Source: Eubacteriales bacterium | GTDB taxonomy: Bacteria > Bacillota > Clostridia > Oscillospirales > CAG-272 | NCBI GenBank assembly: GCA_045659905.1 | Contig: JAZRCT010000040.1 | Location: 2,003 to 66,002, forward strand | DNA: 64,000 bases | Direction: 5' to 3' | Part shown: in pieces, positions 12,101 to 17,201 of the stretch | How the letters are laid out: each line of letters starts with the position of its first letter | How positions within the stretch are numbered: position 1 is the first letter of the stretch | The notes under the pieces: model-generated | What the model was told of the DNA's origin: nothing | The model's input: the letters and a program-made list of their open reading frames with translations, nothing else | Database searches by the model: none | Position numbers and translations under genes: made by a program

Positions 12101-12319
12101 ATACACGGTATACTCAAATTTACCGACGTATTTATCGGTATGCTCTGCGGTGCTCTGCACGAGATAGCTCTCGTCAAACGCCGCCTTGATTTCTGTCATT
12201 TCGTCGGTGACGCTGTTCGCAAAAACGTTCACCGCTACAAGTCCCGTAACGAAGATAGCTAAAAGCAGCACGGTCGCCAAAATTCTTCTTACGAGCGAAA
12301 AATTCCTTCTTCCTTCCAT
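9107..12319 (-). CDS. N-terminal part of the giant secreted protein: signal/anchor peptide, alpha/beta-hydrolase (GxSxG: YGNSKGGW) esterase-like domain, Ig-like/beta-rich region, and the first repeat module truncated by TAG at 9107-9109
   Basis: AGGAGGA lies 6 nt before the ATG at 12319 (MEGRRNFSLVRRILATVLLLAIFVTGLVAVNVFA); the ORF-track start at 12352 has no spacing from the RBS. The nucleophile-elbow motif GNSKG is present. The ORF ends ...DLNGYTLTSANKTGALIYDN-TAG. Confidence 0.85.
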   Translation of the reverse strand: MEGRRNFSLVRRILATVLLLAIFVTGLVAVNVFANSVTDEMTEIKAAFDESYLVQSTAEHTDKYVGKFEYTVYYDTAKGTTVPGYEGTPVILYTVNHPTAVKTGTDSNVNIITSMLERGYVVIVMDYLHTTKSTEMLASSTQTFRQQLSLGKILTFDGFSGGKAVWEHFVCPAGCNVILNAVFWEIDKHSTEGTLEKIVDNWNTDLKTSKPNRGVKWATGDTVATRKTTTSDVIWYNNIECKDSHVDANGLYTKLKYTVAEDIYDCVDPDGSFIDMNLYINIVYPTNPANEVPVMSLANSSGNPRTSVGTDSQYLRTHSNNFLYEGYANVVFDYLWMPMARNASFGYYDGSSGNTGDHMNYAVMMYNDKLVNTAAMRYLRHISENEADIKFDLDAFGVYGNSKGGWFSYLGEEVLQSELAKGSYASADAKEAAINEALSSLVPDRYFDGHHGETRYQEGHLTDEKDDITGFTIRAAERQPWLTYENGDNQGKEIISGVQLTYASNGSQEEDISAGHCPVFVTGNMQDDYNAAYSYSVNVYNICRELDIPLLQFELPIGHTLTEGNDMNYNVNSYDAFFKYVGYFLKNEAIDIAYISPMDKAGNTDLNAKIKIGFTGVATLAEVEKITVSLGGSALEGIWESSFGGVVWEFTPTELLSGGSAYTVNIPADFCGKNGVAMGSAYSTSFITKADEVSELTANGGYYTFTAPAEFTSGNGYAFRFAVANDAANIAELYAVESATATEGELLGSVNLRGAGTYEIDISDFIVENKGSEVTLLLKAKNEKVDAKEVLSSADGKLILTDSNATKKNATFAEDTVDNMAAVSVIVTATSKKPSSSNPLSVYYSNPTQILTYKQIMGGVPITAENYGRRFTVGFDLYDTVSRTLVVKLNSMTKREAYGTIDYDNVYFNVATKANEWVHVEFTYEVYEPDYGFPSDTNTQSLTLSLSPSGNEAKKAYIRGLLVTEQITDITVSEAGLAETDDRSGFAYSAPVSDSPIAVYNGDAKVGEYATLKDAFAAFVSGYTLKLQSDYTLDDSGVYSGIGGFAKVNLDLNGYTLTSANKTGALIYDN

Positions 12320-12527
12320 ATACATTCCTCCTACGTATAAAATATTTACCATAAAAGTTATATCATATAAAATTCAAGAGAGGAATAGCTAAACGGCATT
12401 TTTTCAAATATTTTTTGTTTCAAATACACAATTTTCACAAAATTAGATAAGCTTTATTGTTGATATTGCCTATATATCAATATAACCCTTTGAAAAAGCG
12501 GAAACTTCACCAATAAAAAAGGGGGCT

Positions 12528-12611
12528 GTCTCATTAAGAATTCAATAAAATCAATGCAAAATCGGAGAAAATGCGGCAAGAAATAAAGATTTAGCGAATT
12601 CTTAATGAGAC
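12528..12611. repeat. 16-bp perfect inverted repeat GTCTCATTAAGAATTC / GAATTCTTAATGAGAC enclosing 52 nt
   Basis: Read directly (12528-12543 and 12596-12611). It lies in the intergenic region upstream of the giant gene. Confidence 0.75.
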
Positions 12612-12781
12612 TCTGAACCTTGGGGTGAACGAATTTAGGTAGGAAAGCGGCGTTTGCGACCGAAGGCGTACGAGGGTACGGCGAGAGTTCAGCAAACGAC
12701 GGTAGAATAAAAAACAAATAAAAAAGAGGAAAAACAAGAGTTTTTCAACCTTAATTTCCTCAAAATTACGCTTATTATCGG

Positions 12782-12824
12782 GAGGGGTACTGTGTTTCTT
12801 TTACAATACCCCTCGTTTTTTATT
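12782..12824 (+). terminator. orphan intrinsic-terminator-like hairpin (GAGGGGTA-17nt-TACCCCTC + GTTTTTTATT) with no upstream plus-strand gene
   Basis: 8-bp perfect stem followed by a T-run on the plus strand. The nearest genes are both on the minus strand. Confidence 0.5.
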
Positions 12825-12885
12825 CGGTTATGCCTAAATGCGAAAGCCTCTTGGGGCCCGAAAGCATTTTTGGGTGTATTTTTTA

Positions 12886-13000
12886 TTGCCACGTGGCAAT
12901 ATCACTCTTTGCGTGAGCAAAGAATATCACTGTCACCTAAGCGACAATATCACCCTCGCCGTGGTGAGGATATCACTGCCACCAAAGGTGGCTATATCCC
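12886..13000. repeat. hairpin-linker array A: 5 units of [5-7 bp-stem hairpin] + AATATCACT-like linker
   Basis: Units: TTGCCAcgTGGCAA-tATCACT; CTTTGCgtgaGCAAAG-AATATCACT; GTCACctaaGCGAC-AATATCACC; CCTCGCCgtGGTGAGG-ATATCACT; GCCACCaaaGGTGGC-TATATCCC. The array starts at the TAG stop of the 12992-13699 gene. Confidence 0.8.
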
Positions 13001-13699
13001 AATAAGGTGAGAATAGTGCGAAAACTCGCCGCCGACAAGCTCTTTCCCGTCGAAATACACGGTAGTAACCGAAGCGTTGTAAGGGAAGTCCACCTCCTGC
13101 GTCACACGCTCGGGGGCAACGCCGATAAGCCTTGCGTAAAAGGCTCTGATAACTGCTGCGTGAGCGGTAATCAGCACGCACTCGCCGATATGTTTTTTTG
13201 CTATCGAAAGCAGCGCATTGTGAAATCTCTCGGCTGCGGCGCTTACAGGCTCTCCATCGGGGGGTGTGAAAATGCCGAAATTCTGCTTCCAGCCTACGGT
13301 AAATTCCTCGCCGTATATCCTCTCTATATCCTCGATTTTGGAATTTTCCCACTTTCCGATATAGATTTCCCGAAGCTCACGCATCGGCACGATTTCTATA
13401 CCACGGTACTCCGCATTCGGACGGGCGGTATCATAGGCTCTTATCAAATCGCTTGAATATATAGCCGAAATCGGCTCGCCCTTGAGGAAATCCGCCGTCG
13501 CCTGCGCCTGGACGTGTCCTCTTTCGGAAAGTCCTAAGTCGGTATGACCGAGAAAGGCGTGCTCTGCATTGGCAATGCTTTCTCCGTGACGCACCACGAG
13601 CAGTCGAGTGCTATATCTTTCGTCTACGAAAAGCGGTGTCATATCACGCTGAATACCGCTCTCGCTATCCTTTATTTCTTCGGTAATTATCTCTTTCAT
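12992..13699 (-). CDS. histidine phosphatase family protein (phosphoglycerate-mutase-like)
   Basis: 235-aa ORF with the LLVVRHGESIANAEHAFLGHTDLGLSERG (RHG catalytic) motif; GGAG before the ATG. Confidence 0.85.
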   Translation of the reverse strand: MKEIITEEIKDSESGIQRDMTPLFVDERYSTRLLVVRHGESIANAEHAFLGHTDLGLSERGHVQAQATADFLKGEPISAIYSSDLIRAYDTARPNAEYRGIEIVPMRELREIYIGKWENSKIEDIERIYGEEFTVGWKQNFGIFTPPDGEPVSAAAERFHNALLSIAKKHIGECVLITAHAAVIRAFYARLIGVAPERVTQEVDFPYNASVTTVYFDGKELVGGEFSHYSHLIGI

Positions 13700-14119
13700 A
13701 AAGCTCCATTCTGATTGCCGATATAATAGGCATCTTATAAGCAGTCGTTGTATTTTTCGGGAATTGAGCCGCCCCGCCTCGGCATAAATGCGGCTAAAAA
13801 GGATAAGTCAATCCTCAAAGCGGTGCTGCCGACACGCACTTTCAAAAAAGCTTCTCAAAGTCGAACGGCGGCAAAAATTCGTAACTTTTCGTAATTTCAC
13901 GAGTGCATATCCTTGTGAATTTTTATTCACCGCCAATAAGGACACTTTTTCGAAAAATCTCCCGTCAAATAAAAGCGTGTTTTGCAAGTTCAAAGCACAA
14001 GAGCGGTAGCCGTGCCCCTTGCCGAATCAAAAGCAAAATCCCAAAGCTCCACCTCGCTTTCGGTAAGGGTCTCCACAAGCGCCGACTTGTACCAACGAAT
14101 GACGAGCAAGCGCCCCAAA

Positions 14120-14376
14120 GAATCCGCCCGATAGTTCGAGATAGCAAATCCGTAACCAAAAAAGGATAAATCCACCCGATTCAACTCCAAATCCGTCGGC
14201 TTTGTCTCAAAATCCGTCCACTTTAATAATAAATCCGTCCCGTTCAGACGAAAATCCACCCAATTTAATGGCAAATACACCCGCTTTAGTGAAAGTACGC
14301 CAGCCTTAGCTAAAAGTACGCACGCTTTAGCAATAAATACGCAGTCTGATAAGAAAAATCCCGCAATAAAGCACGG
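14120..14376. repeat. 21-bp tandem array I (~12 degenerate units, consensus AAATCC(R)(Y)CC-N11)
   Basis: Unit starts at 14146, 14168, 14189, 14210, 14231, 14252, 14273, 14292, 14313, 14335 and 14356 (spacings 22,21,21,21,21,21,19,21,22,21). Confidence 0.8.
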
Positions 14377-15010
14377 ACAACCCCACAATAAACTACAAAT
14401 ATTTAAATCAAAAGCAACAACACGGATATTATACCACCAAACCGAAGCAATGTCAATAAACGCAAAGCAGCGCCGGCGTCAGCGTCTGTGTCAGAAGTTC
14501 CGCACCAAAAATAAGGCGCAATTCAAAGCGGTCATCGCCGCATCTCGCAAGAGGAAAGGTCGGGGCGAGACGAAGCAAAATCAATTCGGAATCCAAAGCA
14601 TAAATCAACAGCCAAATCAAATAAAAAGGCTAAGTAATCCACCACGCAAAATAGAGCATTTTTTCTTTCCGTTTTTCTAAAATCAGCGCCATAAAATTCT
14701 GAATTTTCCGCATATCACAACCTCAATTATACAAAACTTTTTACCGCATATTTTCGTAATATTTTGGAATTTTTCGCAAAAATCAGAAAAATTCTTCAAA
14801 AAACGCTCAAAAAAACAAGGAGCAGCTAAAACCGTGACAATTTTTACCATATTTAACCATATTTTCCCATTTTCGTAGCAAAATGTATATCAGAGCCAAA
14901 AAATCCGCCCACCCCGAAGCTTGGCGCATGCACGGTCAAAATCTAAGCTGCCACAGCGCCTGCGACATTTTTTTGCACTGCTCCGTAGGTCTTTTCAGCG
15001 CTCTGTTGAA

Positions 15011-15181
15011 TTTTTTAAGAGTTTTATTGGCTTTTCGAGTGATAAATCAGCTTTTTAGCATTTTTTCGTTTCCTGAGGCGTTTTTTCGGCTTTTTGTTCG
15101 TTTTTTCATTAAAATAAAGCTTTTTTGCTGTATTTTCTCGCCGTAGTGTGGCGTTTTCGCCCATATTTTTTCTATTTTGTT
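15011..15181. repeat. helically phased T-tracts (T4-T6 every ~10-11 bp); predicted intrinsically curved DNA
   Basis: T-tract starts at 15011, 15022, 15032, 15052, 15061, 15069, 15081, 15091, 15101, 15121, 15133, 15154, 15166 and 15175. Confidence 0.7.
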
Positions 15182-15364
15182 TGAAAAATGCGTTCTCACG
15201 ATACAAATATCGTCTCAAGGCTATCTCCAAGGCAATTTACGGTCGCAAAAAGCCGCTTCAAAGCCGCAAAGAGCCCCTTAATTGTCAAAAACGCCGCTAC
15301 CCGAACTTTTATATCAATCAAGAATCTCCTGCCGATGCCAAGCGGTTTTTTAGCGTATCCTTAT

Positions 15365-15482
15365 AAAAAATTGCAAAATCACCTCAAAAAGCGCCTGTTT
15401 TTTCCTTGTAAAGCAAAAAATCTTTAAAAAATCCCCTAAAATTCGCAAAAAAATCACCCAAAATCCGCAAAATTGCGCCAAA
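15365..15482. repeat. helically phased A-tracts (A3-A7 every ~10-11 bp) ~90 bp upstream of parS-1
   Basis: A-tract starts at 15365, 15375, 15386, 15415, 15426, 15438, 15447, 15460, 15469 and 15480. Confidence 0.7.
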
Positions 15483-15570
15483 TCGGGTGCTAAATCAGCC
15501 GAGCCTTAGGCGCTTAAGCCTTAATTGCATATTCAAGGGAAATTCAAAGGGCAGACTGTTTATCAGGCAA

Positions 15571-15586
15571 TGTTTCACGTGAAACA
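15571..15586. promoter_or_regulatory. parS: parS site 1 (TGTTTCACGTGAAACA), ParB/Spo0J binding site
   Basis: Perfect 16-bp palindrome matching the Firmicute parS consensus tGTTNCACGTGAAACa. It extends to the 20-bp palindrome AATGTTTCACGTGAAACATT. Confidence 0.9.
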
Positions 15587-15793
15587 TTAAAATCCAGGCA
15601 AAAACAGCGAAAAAATATATTTCCCCGCCAAATCCAGGTTGTTTCAAGTGAATTGTCCCCTTATTTACCTTAAAACCGAATTGAGCGAGATTTTGCCGCA
15701 AAAATATGGGGGATTCGTGAGCTTACGGCTAAAAAGGGAACTCAAAAGCTTTTACGGCAAGAATGTAGCAGAATTCAATTGATAAAATCCAAT

Positions 15794-15809
15794 TGTTTCA
15801 CGTGAAACA
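15794..15809. promoter_or_regulatory. parS: parS site 2 (TGTTTCACGTGAAACA)
   Basis: Identical 16-mer 223 bp from site 1, flanked by imperfectly symmetric AAATC(C)AAT arms. A degenerate relative (TGTTTCAAGTGAATTG, 4 mismatches) lies at 15640-15655. Confidence 0.9.
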
Positions 15810-15973
15810 TTGATTTCCCCATCACGATTCGCCCGGAAACAAGAAAAGCCACAAAGCATAAATAAAAAATCGCCAAAAACGCAAAATTTCACAAGCTTCA
15901 CCCAAAATCACCTCAAAGATTACTCCAAAACCGCTTCGAAACACCTATAAAATGCTATAAACCCCAAGCTTAT

Positions 15974-16105
15974 ACTCGGATTGTAACACAGATTGCAACT
16001 CAGATTAAAACTCATATCAAAGCTCGTATTAAAACTCATATTAAAGTCAGTATTAGAACTCCGATTAAAGCTTCAACAAAGACTGCTTCAATTCCGTCCA
16101 ATTCA
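15974..16105. repeat. 12-bp tandem array (~10 degenerate units, consensus ACTCRKATTAAA)
   Basis: actcggattgta/acacagattgca/actcagattaaa/actcatatcaaa/gctcgtattaaa/actcatattaaa/gtcagtattaga/actccgattaaa/... read directly. Confidence 0.8.
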
Positions 16106-16420
16106 GCAAAAACGCCGAAATTTGTACAAAAACCAGTTAAAATACGCCTTGCAGTAAAAATTATCGCATTAAATTGCAAAAAATCGTAGCGTTTAACCGC
16201 AATTTCCGCAAAACGTCTCAGCTCACCGCTCGCAATTTCTCGGAAGTCAAGCCCAAGCCCGCTAAAACTCAGACCAAGGGTTTGCAGCACAGCAAAAGAA
16301 CACAGCCCTGCCGCATACGAACTCAATCACAAACGCCAACTCGAGAAAAATCGCACTCAAAGCTCAAAATCCAACCCATCATAACAATTTCGATATAACC
16401 AAAGTCAGAGTCGTTTTGCT

Positions 16421-16660
16421 AAAAAGCTCAATTCAGAAACGTTTTAGCAAAAAATCTTGATTCAAAGGCGTTTCGGCAAAAAGCTCAATTCAGAGGCACT
16501 TCAACGTGGCAAAAGATTAACGAAAGGGCATTTTGGTTTAAAAATTTCGCTTCAACGGCAATTTCGCTTCGAAAACCTATTCAGAAGAAGGATACTGCTT
16601 AAAAACTTGTCAAAAAATCATTTTTCCAGCAAAAGCCCTCAGTATAACCGGAATTTCACC
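16421..16660. repeat. ~30-bp tandem array (8 degenerate units, each opening with A4-A6)
   Basis: Unit starts at 16421, 16449, 16478, 16511, 16540, 16572, 16601 and 16631, e.g. AAAAAGCTCAATTCAGAAACGTTTTAGC / AAAAAGCTCAATTCAGAGGCACTTCAACGTGGC. Confidence 0.75.
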
Positions 16661-16693
16661 GTCGGCTCGCATTTCTTCGTGCCGTTCTTTGTG

Positions 16694-16860
16694 CTTAGGG
16701 TAGTTTTCTTGCTGCTTAAGCTAGGATTATGCGCTTAAGGTGGGGTCCTCGACGCTTAAGCCGGCTTTCTTGGCGCTTAAGACGGGTTTCTCGGCGCTTA
16801 AGGCAGGGTTATCGGTGATTAAGCAGCTTTCCGAAGGGCGCTTCGCCTTTTAATTGTTTG
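16694..16860. repeat. 21-bp tandem array II (8 units built on GCGCTTAAG)
   Basis: CTTAAG-like cores at 16694, 16715, 16734, 16755, 16776, 16797, 16818 and 16841 (spacings 21,19,21,21,21,21,23). Confidence 0.8.
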
Positions 16861-17065
16861 GCAGCCGTTTCCGCCTCATTCCGTCATAAAATCCCCGACA
16901 GACAACTTATTTTGACGCATTTCGACATAAATTTGGTATTAGTCTGCGCTCTCTTTTAGTTTTCCATTTTTTACCATAAGTTATCAAAAATATAAAAATT
17001 CCAAGCTATGACACGCAAAAGTAGGTCTATTTCTGGATTTTTTGAAAAAAACGTCGATTTACCGA

Positions 17066-17094
17066 TTGACTTTTTCCTTTTATTACTATATAAT
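17066..17094 (+). promoter_or_regulatory. sigma-A-type promoter of parA-parB (TTGACT-17-TATAAT)
   Basis: -35 TTGACT at 17066-17071, a 17-nt spacer, and -10 TATAAT at 17089-17094, ~110 nt upstream of the parA ATG. Confidence 0.7.
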
Positions 17095-17201
17095 CATTAT
17101 ATAACATATATATTAATCATTTAATAATGCATAAGTGTGGTTTTTGCACGATATTTCATTTGCATAGCTATCACTTACAAAAGGAGTATATAACAAAGCT
17201 T

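Noticed and set aside
12521-12830. tmRNA, SRP RNA or another known large RNA suggested by the GGGGGCTG start and a downstream terminator
   Set aside because: No tRNA-like 3' end (GGTTCGAnTCC...CCA), no tag-peptide reading frame and no SRP domain-IV motif were seen. Only a generic hairpin and terminator remain. It is kept as an uncharacterised cassette instead.
12886-13000. CRISPR interpretation of the hairpin-linker arrays (also 20715-20881, 37907-38107, 50703-50842)
   Set aside because: The conserved element is only ~9 nt. The variable elements are 13-16 nt and self-complementary, and unit length is ~23 nt versus 55-75 nt for CRISPR repeat plus spacer. No cas genes or leader are present, and the hairpin types recur between loci.
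13990-14388. 132-aa minus-strand ORF with striking heptad repeats (LNWVDFR LNGTDLL LKWTDFE TKPTDLE LNRVDLS)
   Set aside because: The heptads are simply the 21-bp DNA array read in frame. There is no RBS, and the flanking sequence is non-coding-like. The other 60-90-aa ORFs between 13.7 and 16.8 kb are likewise repeat translations.
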